From: Catajapyx aquilonaris
Lineage: Eukaryota
Assembly (NCBI GenBank): GCA_000934665.2
Contig: KZ539042.1
Location: 1 to 35,665, forward strand
Length of the DNA: 35,665 bases
Direction of reading: 5' to 3'
The notes below the pieces were generated by a model. It did not search any database. It was given only the letters and a program-made list of their open reading frames with translations, and had not been told where the DNA came from. The position numbers and the translations under genes were made by a program. Below are positions 1 through 16,500 of the stretch, piece by piece (the stretch's first letter is position 1; the number at the start of each line of letters is the position of its first letter).

Positions 1-494
1 CCGCCGATGCGTGGACATGTCGAATCCCCATATGCTGTCCATGCAAACGCGAGTTTGTTTACGTAGTCGCCAAGGGCTCGCATTGTTACCGATTGTTGCC
101 GTATTTTTTTACTAATGCGCCCCCTTAATTTCGACAGGGCGCCTTTTCGACAGGGCGAATTTTCGGAAGGGGCGAATTTTCGGCAGGGCGCCTTTTGGCA
201 GGGCGCCTTTTCGGCAGGGGCGCCTTTTGGCAGGGGCGCCTTTTGGCAGGGCGAATTTTCGGAAGGGGCGCATTTTCGGAAGTGGCGCATATTCGGCAGG
301 GCGAATTTTCGGAAGGGGCGCCTTTTCGGCAGGGGCGCCTTTTCGGCAGGGGCGCCTTTTGGCAGGGCGCCTTTTGGCAGGGCGAATTTTCGGAAGGGGC
401 GCATTTTCGGCAGGGGCGCCTTTCGGCGCCCCCTCCGTGATTTTAGGGGGGGGGGGGCAATGTACCCCTGCCCCCCCCTGCCGTTACGCCACTG
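1..494. mobile_element. Right part of a probable hAT-type non-autonomous element carrying the minisatellite
   Basis: Ends in gttacgccactg (483-494; reverse complement CAGTGGCGTAAC), a terminus I recognise from non-autonomous hAT-like elements. The matching left end is not in the window. Confidence 0.45.
134..430. repeat. GC-rich minisatellite, about 20-22 bp unit (ggcagggcgccttttc / ggcgaattttcggaagg variants)
   Basis: Tandem units visible directly; they explain the three repetitive ORFs at 115-520. Confidence 0.9.
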
Positions 495-1059
495 GTGTTG
501 TCCGTGGAGTTTCTGAATGAAACTTGGCACAATAATATAGGCAGGTAAGTTAATTAAAGAAAATGCAAACAATTTAGGTGGATGCCCACAAGGTCAAAAG
601 TTATGACCTCTCGAACTCACAAGGGACACTTTCCAAGGTCTCACCGATTTCCTTGAAATTCGGTACATTGGTAGCCCACCCCAAGGGATGAAAAACGCAC
701 CTAAACTGACCTGCTCAAAATGACCCGGTGACCCCTTCTTGGGGGCTACCAATGCACCGAATTTCAAGAAAGTAGGTGAATTTTCGGCATTTAAAAGTTG
801 ACCTCTGCCCCCCAAAAAGGGGTCAACCGGGTCATTTTGAGCAGGTCACTTTAGGTGCTTTTTTCATCCCTTGGGGTGGGCTACCAATGTACCGAATTTC
901 AAGAAAATCGGTGAGACCTTGGAAAGTGTCCCTTGTGAGTTCGAGAGGTCATAACTTTTGACCTTGTGGGCATCCGCCTAAATTGTTTGCATTTTCTTTA
1001 ATAATTTACCTGCCTATATTATTGTGCCAAGTTTCATTCCGAAACTCCACGGACAACAC
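495..1059. mobile_element. Foldback/MITE with about 250-bp near-perfect inverted arms
   Basis: 495-746 is the reverse complement of about 807-1059 (gtgttgtccgtggagttt... / ...aaactccacggacaacac). ORFs 594-815(-) and 776-961(+) give the same peptide. The ~60-bp spacer repeats an arm motif (gggctaccaatg...gaatttcaagaaa). Confidence 0.9.
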
Positions 1060-2667
1060 TTACACTTCCCATGTCAGATCAAAGGCCGTTAAGTAAAAAA
1101 AAAAAAAAAACAGATCGTAAAATGAGCAAAAACTGCTGCTTACTTAACTTTCACTGGTAATACAATCTTGAAACTTTTTGCGTCCATATGTTGCCACGGC
1201 TCAGCTACATACGCAAATGTGCAATTAATACCCAATGACATTAAAATACATTATTGCTGGACGTACTTGTGTTACACCCCCCCAAAAATGGACTTAGCCG
1301 CCTTTGATCTGCAACCCCTCAGTTACTGTATAGTCTTCATCTACAGTCTACACCAAGACTGTTGTAGATAATAATGACACATTGGCACGTTATTGCCCAA
1401 ATATTTTTCCTGTACTGTACGTAAGTATATTACGAGTATTCTGTGTATTAGTAATGCAAGAAATATGACTTAGTTGATAATTTCAATTTGAAAGTTTTTG
1501 TTGCACAGCCCTATACAGTAGCCCTATCTACACACCACGTTCGAAGCCAAGTTATTCAAAGTCCTCTCAAGGCAAGGAATATATACCAAGGAATATATAC
1601 TGTATATGGGCCAAAAGCTAGGTATACATTTTCGTAATTTGTTGCTGGAACGGACGCTCTTTGACATTCGGAATGTTTCCATCCACATGATATTTTCCTG
1701 CATTTTTGGGAAGGAAGGGAGGTTGGGGTGAGGGCCACCTGAGTGTGGCCAAAAGTACTGAATACATACGCAGGATGGTACAAAATTGGCGAACTTCTGT
1801 CAGAGTCAGCTTACTTATTAAAATCCAAGCACGTTTTACCATGAGACATTATAGAGACATCCTGTAGTCGTGCCTGCCACATTGAGGATCGAGAGGGCAA
1901 ATAAGGGATGTACAAAATGCAATACAAATGGAGAGGCAACCCCTCGACTCACTTGTGGTAACGGTAGTGATATCACAGTAAGTGCTGGAGATGGCGGCCT
2001 CATTTGTAGATTAGTTTAGCAGTTCTTGGTTGTCGCTCAGCCAGCTTTGCGGTTGGACCATTATACTGCTCCTGCAGACATAAGGAGCCTTATGTGAAAC
2101 TCGGCTATCTTCGTGTCAAATTAATATGGGTGCGTTCGTGTGTAACACATTCGACTCACTTACTCCTCCACACCATCATACCAGTAAAAATGGCCCAGTT
2201 TTACAGACAATATCAAATAAGAACGTAGCCTACTGTATACGCGCAAAGGTACTCTCTTATAGGCCCAGGTGTATGTATGCAAATGAGGAAAAATTCACAA
2301 TAAGTCATCGAAGATTTTCTCGTTGAGCCTATCATGTTTCTCATTCATATGGTGAATAAGGAATAACAGAACTGAATAATGAAAATTCACATCAAATACC
2401 TTGATAAGTTGTACCCTCCTGCACTATGAATATGTTATAAAATGGTTTTATTAGTATTCCTCTATCTGAATCCAAAGTGGCGGCCATTTGTCGAAAGACT
2501 ACACTTAATATTTGATTCGAAAATTAGACTCGACTGTGGGCTTGCGCAACAATAGCCAGGTTGTCGACTGTTGTCAAAATGAGGTTTGAAGTGTCATTCA
2601 ATCATCAAGGGGGGGTGCCTTTTCGAAGCAACAACCACCAGGACCTAGCGGTATAAACTGCAAAAGG

Positions 2668-3290
2668 ACCCCCCCCCCCCCNCCCCCCCTCCCCTCCCAT
2701 ACCCCCCACTCCAGCGCCTTTTGAAAGGAAAGAGAGGCTCGCAGTTGCTTAACCAGATTCAAGTGAAGTCCATAAAGGCACCCCCCTCCCCCCTCCCCCT
2801 CCACTACCTCCCCAACTGGGCTTTCTGAATAAGAGGGCAAAACACTTTACTGAAATTACTGATCAGGCAGTAGTAGCAGGCAGTAGCAGCGCCTCCCAAT
2901 TCGCTTTTGCTTGGTTTTGGGGATGGCAAAGTGGAAGTGGGGTAGGGAGGGAGGGAGGGAGGCAGGGCGGGGGAGTGTATGGAGCGGGAGGTGGGGAGAG
3001 AGAGAGAGAGAGGGAGGGGGGGGGAGGGGGTCCCTTTTGCCTGCCCCAAATTAAAAGATTTGTTGACTTCGTCTGGTAATTCCGATGAAAAGGAGGACCT
3101 TTCAACAAGCTGGTGCACATCTGGCGAGTCTGAATTGCCCCCCCCCCCCCCCCCCCCCCNNNNNNNNNNNNNNNNNNNNNNNNNNNNNNNNNNNNNNNNN
3201 NNNNNNNNNNNNNNNNNNNNNNNNNNNNNNNNNNNNNNNNNNNNNNNNNNNNNNNNNNNNNNNNNNNNNNNNNGGGGGGGGGGGGGGGGT
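2668..3290. other. Poly-C/poly-G low-complexity region with assembly gap (N 3160-3273)
   Basis: Long C and G homopolymers and a (GA)n run flank a block of Ns. Confidence 0.9.
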
Positions 3291-3517
3291 AGGGTGGAAT
3301 GGAAGGGGAAACGAGCAACCAAACCCCATCGGAGGTTGGAACTTCTAAGCTATTTATAAATGCGAAAAGAGATCTTTTCATTCGCTCAAGATACGTAGTT
3401 TTGTAGCAAATGCGCCGCCTCTGCATTCGTTCCTTTTTAATCACTTACTCTGCTTGGGAAAAGGCCACTAGCTGATTACGCAGATCACTGTATAACCCTG
3501 AAGAGTCTCTAACATAA

Positions 3518-3823
3518 TCTATGTCATGAGAAGCTAATATAATATTATGCATATATCAAGACGTATGTCTGTATGTTCCCGATGCAAATCAATACGGAGG
3601 CCTCGACATATTCCCCAGGGTGATCATTAGGGGTAGTTTTTAACGCGGAAGGTTTTTAGCACATTGGAATTGACCTCAGAGGTCATCCTTGGGCGCAGGA
3701 GGTGAAAAGGCAGAAAAGCAGATCGTTACTCCATGGTAATGCAATCATTGTTGACGCTGCTACATCAATGAGTTACTCTTATGGAAAAGTATTTCATAAC
3801 CCGAGCAACGTCGGGTATCCTGC

Positions 3824-3826
<3 letters not shown>
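3518..3826 (+). mobile_element. Short non-autonomous Helitron
   Basis: A|TCTAT 5' end at 3518; 3' hairpin CCCGAgcaacgTCGGG (about 3800-3815) a few nt before CTAA|T at 3823-3826. This fits the Helitron A|TC...hairpin-CTRR|T structure with no TSD. Confidence 0.6.
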
Positions 3827-3892
<66 letters not shown>

Positions 3893-3900
3893 CAACAACA
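3824..3900. repeat. (AAT)n/(AAC)n microsatellite
   Basis: Directly visible. Confidence 0.95.
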
Positions 3901-6128
3901 GATAGCCATATTGGAGGCCTGCTACCTGTGGCATGTGGAGGCTCTGAAGGGATAGCTAGTACACTATAGGCCATTCATTCACTCGTTCATAGTTGGTGAT
4001 AGGCTTGAGGGTGGGGAATGGCAGTAGAGAGTGGCGCAATAATAAAGTGCAGACTAGGAAGAAGTTTTCGCCGGCGCTATTATTCGCCCTGTCGTTCGCT
4101 TGGCAGATTAATCAACTTGGGCTTTGTGTTGGCAGAGGATGGGACTGCTGGGCTGGCAAGGGAGGAGGGATGGGATGAAAAGGGGGAGGGGGAGGCAGGC
4201 AGGGGAGGTACTTTGCCCTAATTAACAACATAAATAAAAAGAGTGAGGAAGAAAAGGGGTAGGCAGGGTTGCCAACGCTTTTCCTCCGCCTCAATTGGTC
4301 CAGGAAACTTGCCGACGACTCTGATAGGATGGGGGTGTTCATAACCAGAGGGGGGACAAGAGTAAAACACTGGATGGGCGGGGTAGTTGCAGAGTGACAA
4401 CACTGCTCTTATATACACTTCCATTAATGACATTTCAAACACATCTCCCATGTGAGGCTCCTCCCATTTATTTTGCTACCTTGCCCTTACATCTCATGAT
4501 TAAATTCCAATTAGCCAAAGCAAAACTCCGGATCCTATTGTGTTTGCTTCAAGGGGGTCGGACTTCATTAGTGAAAAATACTGGGTTCTTTCAATCGTGC
4601 TTCTTTTTTTATAAATATATTTGAGGTCGTATAATTCCAGGGATTTTTTTTTTTCAATAGCTGGCCCCCATGTTGAATATGACAATGGGCATATTTCATG
4701 CTGAGTCGAGTACGATTCATCCCAGATGCATGGTTTTTCCGAATGTGATTGGATCCATCGACCTTCTGTCCAATTTGGGGTTGGCAGAAAAGAACTAATA
4801 TTGTCTACCGTAATCGAATATCGATAGCCAATAGGATTCCATGGGAAGAAATAAAGGATATCAAAAAGAGGAGGAAAGGATGTCTATTTTAAACGTTGTA
4901 GGGTAACGGCGGATGTTGACGTATTGAGGGGCATTGTGTCGACATACGCATTGAAACTATAGGAGGTAGATTTTTGTCTCTGCAGTTTGAGGCCAGCTAG
5001 CGGAATCAATTTTCTTTTGATCAGTATTGTTATGCTCAGAGCGTATACGGTAAGCCTGGGAGTAGTATAGACGGTTGAGTTAAAAACCTTGGTTAGTTGC
5101 TTTCAACATCTGTATTTTGTTAGCGTATCTGCTGAGGCTTAATTAGGTATCATTTCAATCCCATTTCCGGCATTGTACAGTAGGCTACTGTTGGAAAATA
5201 ACAAGGAATACAAACAATGTATAATTTATTAGGATTGCAACTGTTAGTAGAAGACAATATTCGACATCAGTGTTAATTTCCCAACAGTTACGGTCAATAT
5301 GGCATGTACTTATTACACAATTATTATTTTTGTGATGCAGTACATCGACGCTTCTGTTTTGAAAGAGTGCTTCTTAACCTTTTATGACTGCGGTTCACCA
5401 GTAGGGAATTCAAAGGTATAACTCACTCGGAAAGTAGGTTTCGAGGACCGTATGCTATCTGGTCAAAAGTCAGATTTCTGATAGAGAAATTACAGCCCCC
5501 TGGATAATTTTTAAAATTCAACCTCTCATATCTGGAAATCAGTCAAATGAACTCCGATCGTCCTGCATGTCGGATTTTCATCTCTTAACTACTATTTTGT
5601 AATGCCTCCTTTTGGGCGTTTGTTCGACAACATGTAAAGTGTTTAGGTGTTTTAAAGCCACTTTTCTATCTAAATTTTTGTTACTTTACCTAACATATTT
5701 TACATTGCCACAAAGATTCAATCAATTACAGTTAGAATCCTACCTGAAATATAGGACATATCTACACTTGGTATATCAAATAGGAACAGGCAAAACTATA
5801 GAGTGTATACAAGTAGTGGTTAATCTGCTGCACATCTGCTGGGTGTAATCGAATAGTACAGTAAGCTACAAGTTAGTTAGTATAGCATAACATAGCAGGC
5901 AAGTAACTCCATTACCAAACTCATGGGACAACTTTTCGATTGATTATGCCATAGCCTCGCGTATTATTGTGCACCAGAACAATAGTATGCAAAACCATCG
6001 CGTATGGGATTTCAAAAATCCATTGGCAAACCCTTTCAGACCATTGTATTTAGTCGCCACCCATGCGCCATGTTTTATATTTTAGCGCGCTATTCCGCGC
6101 AAGGCATTTTGGGCAGGGAGCTGTATAT

Positions 6129-6196
6129 CCCGCCTCCTTCTACCCTCACTCCCATCCCCCTTCCCCCACCCAGCCAATTCCCACCGGATTTATAAA
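6129..6196 (+). promoter_or_regulatory. Putative Pol II promoter of the homeobox gene
   Basis: CCCGCC (6129-6134), CCAAT (6174-6178) and TATAAA (6191-6196) in canonical order about 110 bp upstream of ATG 6307. Confidence 0.45.
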
Positions 6197-6306
6197 TCAT
6201 CTGACCGGAGGATGGAAGCGGGACTTCAAAGTGGAGCACCTTTTAAGGACCAGCCCTCTGGTCTCCACCAGACGTGACTGACTGCAACACTTGGCATTGT
6301 CGTCTG

Positions 6307-11600
<5,294 letters not shown>

Positions 11601-11738
11601 AGAGTCGCTTATAGAACAAATTAGGTGTTGGCAACAGGGTCCCTTTTGATGTTTTGCTTCATTTCAAGGTGTCTACAACGTGTAGTATTTGTTTTCAGTG
11701 GACGGCAAACTGTGAATCGAAATGACCATATGTTGATT

Positions 11739-11809
11739 GCTCTCATAGCTCAGCTGGAAGAGCAACAGCTTAATGCTGGAGGTCCCGGGTTCGATTCCCG
11801 GTGAGGGCA
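11739..11809 (+). pseudogene. tRNA-like element (tRNA pseudogene or SINE head) with shortened anticodon arm
   Basis: Acceptor stem GCTCTCA/TGAGGGC, D arm GCTC/GAGC, T arm CCGGG-TTCGATT-CCCGG, intact A and B boxes. The anticodon arm is 15 nt (ACAGCTTAATGCTGG) instead of 17, so no isotype can be assigned. Confidence 0.75.
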
Positions 11810-12003
11810 TTCATTCATTGGGTGTTAGACTAATAGCTGGCAGATTGCACCATATTTTGGCAATTTGTTCACTGCAGGCCAAATATTAATGTACTAGCGT
11901 TGTTGATCTATGGCACTTGTATTAGTTCCGCCATTTATTTAGCCTTATTTACAGTGTGGTTCTGATGGACTTGCATATCGGTGGATATCCGGTGTATTAC
12001 GTA

Positions 12004-12009
12004 AATAAA
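12004..12009 (+). terminator. Candidate polyadenylation signal of the homeobox gene
   Basis: AATAAA about 400 nt after the stop codon, followed by T/GT-rich sequence. Confidence 0.4.
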
Positions 12010-12240
12010 ATTCTTTCTGCGGGTTTTCATTTGTTTTCACCTCGGCTGTTCATAATAATTTTTGACACTTTTGCGAGTAATATCATAGTATTATGTCGGT
12101 GTAAATTCTTTACATGATAATGCTGGTCAACTTTAGTTTATGATTAAATTTCACCTAAATAAAAAGTTTTTAAATTGGACAGTTATTTTTGCATTGTTCG
12201 CAAGCTTCACGAAGCTTAATTTTTACGTAGCATATAGAAC

Positions 12241-12277
12241 TCATTCATTCATTCATTCATTCATTCATTCATTCATC
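12241..12277. repeat. (TCAT)n microsatellite
   Basis: Directly visible. Confidence 0.9.
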
Positions 12278-13031
12278 ACGACATTTTCACTAAAAGGGGT
12301 GATGAAGAAGTTAGACTCTTACTGCACATAATATTTGAGGCTTTCGAATTTTACCATGTCAAGTAGGTGAACTAAATAGTTTACGGTACTATATTTGGTC
12401 GGAGCAGAGCAGGCAGGTGAAAATAACATATTATACCAATGGCTATAGGATACAATAATGACTATCGTACATTTCTGCAGCAGCTCCTGCTGATGTGAAA
12501 TCATGCCAAAAACACTATGTTGTCACCTTACATGTTTATTCTACGAATACCATGCAAATAATGACTATATACGTATCATTATGAAAATCATCTTCATCAC
12601 CGTTATTACTCCTTGGATTGTCCGGTACTATTTTTGGTGCCACCACTGAATTCGGCTACCTCAAAGACATAATTATGATTTCTTACCAAACATAACCAGC
12701 TGAAACATTTATTTTAATTATTAATATTTATTAATATTTTATTATTTTTAATGTTATATGATAAATAGGGCTTATAAAATTCCTTATTATTATCATAGGT
12801 GCAATAGTTTTAAAACTCCAACGTCTGTGACAAAACATGACATGCCGGTACAAGAAAAATAACTATAAAAAGAGCGGGATTCCAAAATATATTTAATCGC
12901 TCATGACCTCCATTTTGATGACATCATTACAGACCAATGAGTGCTTCAAAACTTGGGGTCACCGGCATTTTGCATTCAGGGATGGATGTAGTATCTGTAC
13001 CCTAAAGGGCATGTTTTCCGACAGAACTGAC

Positions 13032-13053
13032 ATTATTATTATTATTATTATTA

Positions 13054-13118
<65 letters not shown>
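13032..13118. repeat. (ATT)n microsatellite
   Basis: Directly visible; source of the poly-I/L/N ORFs. Confidence 0.95.
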
Positions 13119-13121
<3 letters not shown>

Positions 13122-13383
13122 ACCCATAAGGTATCCAGAACTGACATATTCCGCCACTTTGCCTGACTTTCCAACCATACAACAAGCCAAAAAGACTCAA
13201 GATGATGGTTGCACTGGGCTAATCGCGGTGCAAGGACCACGCACACACCGTGCAGCTACCCACCTGCAGCCTTGCCCGACGCTATCCGTTGTCCGACAGC
13301 ACTTTGAGGTCCAGCAAAAACCTCTCAAACTCTGCGTTCCATTTTTTCGAACAGACTCCCGCCATCTTTCCAAGTTTGTTTGG

Positions 13384-13420
13384 ATTGGCTAGATGGGGCG
13401 CGGGGGGGAAGGGGCGGGGC
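13384..13420 (+). promoter_or_regulatory. Putative TATA-less promoter of the Duox-like gene
   Basis: Inverted CCAAT (ATTGG 13384-13388) and GC box GGGGCGGGGC (13411-13420) 130-170 bp upstream of ATG 13551. Confidence 0.45.
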
Positions 13421-13550
13421 CTTGAAGCTTGGTGTTGGCACCACTGGGTTGGTGACTGATGACGGGGAGTTCTGTTGTCAACCTTGGGTAGTTCGATTTG
13501 AGGCGAGTTGAAGAGCGGGTGTTGGTGTATTCCTCAAGTGCTGCCGTGCC

Positions 13551-16500
13551 ATGGCCGTTTGCCACCCACCAGTCCCCTCTGCTGCTATCGGTACCATTAT
13601 GCACATGTGCAAGACAATGACAACCGTCTTTTTCAGTACTGTGGTACTCCTCGTCGTAGTGGCTGAAGGTATGTATCGTACTGCTCAGATGGAACATGTG
13701 TGCACCAGTGCATGTACCGTTATTTCATCTTCCATTTCAGTCACTTGCTTGGAATCGAAGATACACAAACCCAAGCGAGAGGTGTGGGCAAGGGAGCCTG
13801 AAATTGAAAGCAAGATCTTGTTCATGGAGTGGCTAATAGATGGTTGCAACCCACCCATGCCACCTTGCACAGATGCGCCAATATGCCTGCCCTACCCTAT
13901 TCGGGGAAAGAAATATCGGAGATTTGATGGAAGTGACAACACCGACGGGTTTCCCATCAGAGGCATGGCTGGTAAGATATGATGATTACACTTCAGCGAA
14001 TCTTCTGGTTTAATATTATGTTTGGGCGAATGTTCTATTTCAAAGGATAATTCCCTTGTGAGTGCTCTACTTCTGACTCTGACGAGTGTGAAAAAATGAA
14101 ATATCAGGGCAACTACGTGTGTAGAAAACTTTGTGTAAGTGTTACTTTAGTTGTGCGAACAAAGGTGAGAGAGATCATAATAATAATCTACCTAAGAATA
14201 CTATACGAGGTGTTTACGTTAGGTTAAGCTGAATTAACTCAAATAACCTCACCTGACCTTTATTTAAGTTACGTTATAATATGATGTTACCCAAAGATTG
14301 ACTGATTGATTAGGAAGGAGCCAAACCAACTATCAAATGGCTCTCTGGCGTTTGGGCATGCCATGTGAACACTGACAAGTGAGTGCACGGAGCTTCCTCT
14401 ACACACAATTAAATGATACCTTGATTATGTTATTGTAGCATAATTATGTTAAGTATTCTTTACACAGTTTACAGCAAATAAAGTAATTATTTCATCATAA
14501 CAGTATTGAAATGAACAACGGGAGATAGAGTACGCGCCCACTGATTTCACAGCATGGAATGTTGCAGTAATAACGCAGATTCCAGGTAACCCTGAGCATA
14601 ATTTTTGTGTTAATAATATGCACTCTGTAAGTCCTTGGCATTGTGACAACCTGTAAGGTGAGAGGTTACATGAGAAATTCTTTCCACCAAACTATGCTGG
14701 TTCAGGAGAAGCTTTACAACCACCCAGACCCCTGGCGAAAAGGTTTCTGGAGATTTTCTGGATCCCTTGTCTGAATATCATTTGCATTTGCATGGAAAGG
14801 AGTGCTAGTAGGAAGTTCACACAATACCTTCAGCCTAACCACAAAGTCAGTTGGTACTGCCACTGGCACTAGTGTGGCCAGGGAAGGTCAGCGAATGTCC
14901 CTTAGGTCATGTCAGCAGGCCTTCAGACCCACCAGAGAATCCAAGTCCGTTTTGTCGTGTTGACACATGCAGGCGGTCACCTCTCACTCTGTCTCCGTAA
15001 AGATGACCTAAGTTATTTGGCCAATGATATATCTAAACTTAGAACATAGAAATCTTTGGTGTTACCTGAAAGCTTTCCACTTTGGATGAATAAACTGATA
15101 TAATATCATGCCTTTGATTTGCTTCACTTTACTTCACATCACGACTTTTTACTAAAGAGGTGCATTATTCTCATAATTACGCATGAACTTTACCATTTTT
15201 GCTACACTCGTCAGCTGTCTGGGATGCACTAATTATAAAGTATTCAACGCAATTTTATTTGTCCAGGAATGGATTTGAACCATCGGATGACTTATAGTTT
15301 TGGTGACCGAGTGCAGAAGATGGGGTTGAAGGATGCTCCGAACCCATTACTTTTGAGCTATGAGCTGTTCAGGAACAAAGGGAATACCATAGAGAAGAAG
15401 AGTAACATCCTGGGAAACTCAGGAAGGTCGCAACTAGTTCACTTTTTCGGTACAGTACAATGTTTAGTTTCAGTTGATATTGGGAAGTCAAGGGGAGATG
15501 GGGCAAGGGAACTCTAGCAAGGTGAACGTCAAGGGAAATAAACACGTCATCTCTCTAGAGTGGTGCTTGTTGTTTAGCACCAGAAAGATATTTTTTTGTT
15601 TGTTTTTGTGTTTAAAAAAAAAAAAATACCCCGTGATAGGGTGGAGCCCTCTGAGGGGAGAAGGGGAGGTTCCCAAGGGAGGGTGCTGTAATTTTAGTCA
15701 TTTCTGACTTTGTGAAATACACCAGACCTTTTCTCCTGGCCCTGGGCAGAGTAGGGAGTGCAATTCGACCAGAAAGATAGGTTTGATTTAAAATTTTTAG
15801 ACAGGAAGTGCGTAAAGGATGCTCAGCAATTCCCACATAATAGGCGCAGAGGGCAGTTTTCTGAGATATTCTAAGCTCAACCAATTCCGAACATGTTCTT
15901 GGATGTATGGTATAATTCAGGGGTGTGGAGTAAATATTTTGACTCCATTCCCACATGACCACCCTTGACTATGATGTCCCTTAACCAGCAGGATACTCCC
16001 TGTGGTTCCCACCAGAAGCCACAACTTGATGCCTCCTAGCTGAAAGGGATGCATTGTACAGTTTGTAGAGTAAATGTGTATCAAAAAAGTTTAGGCCAAA
16101 TGTATCCTTGCACTGTATAATTATGCTCATCTGATCTTTCTAAAGTGAAAACATTTTTCCCCTTCACTTGTCACCTTGCTAATGCTGGTGGTTTGATTTG
16201 CAGCAGAAAGCTAATTTCCCGAAAATATTTTAGTGATACACTATATGACCATAAATCAAAAGCCAGAGTAGATTTGACAGCCTGTATGTGTATGTATACT
16301 GTACCGGCAGGTAAATACGTAGTAGAGGAGGTGGTCAACACCCGAGCCATGTCGTGCCCTGTGGAGTTTTCCCACATAGATATACCGAAGGAAGAAGCTG
16401 TGGATGAGTGGAGTGACTGGGGGATAGAGAAGATGCCATTTGTCCGCGGCCAGTATGACCCCGACTCTGGCACAAGCCCCCAGAACCAACGTGTACCGAT

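Noticed and set aside
134..430. CRISPR-like regular repeats
   Set aside because: Tandem units with no unique spacers, in eukaryotic DNA, with no cas genes.
115..520. Three overlapping G/R/F/A-rich ORFs
   Set aside because: By-products of a stop-free minisatellite, open in all three frames.
594..961. Identical peptides on opposite strands
   Set aside because: Consequence of the inverted repeat, not duplicated genes.
2598..3444. Poly-P/poly-G ORFs and an apparent poly-C/poly-G inverted structure
   Set aside because: They span an N gap and homopolymers, so the sequence is unreliable.
6212..6277. Short ORF MEAGLQSGAPFKDQPSGLHQT upstream of the homeobox start
   Set aside because: Out of frame, and its ATG is probably upstream of the start site implied by the TATA box.
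11739..11809. Functional tRNA-Leu(TAA) gene
   Set aside because: Anticodon arm is too short and the long variable arm of cytosolic Leu tRNAs is absent.
12903..13392. Poly-I, poly-L and poly-N ORFs (also 3702-3974 and 21322-21720)
   Set aside because: Translations of (ATT)n microsatellites.
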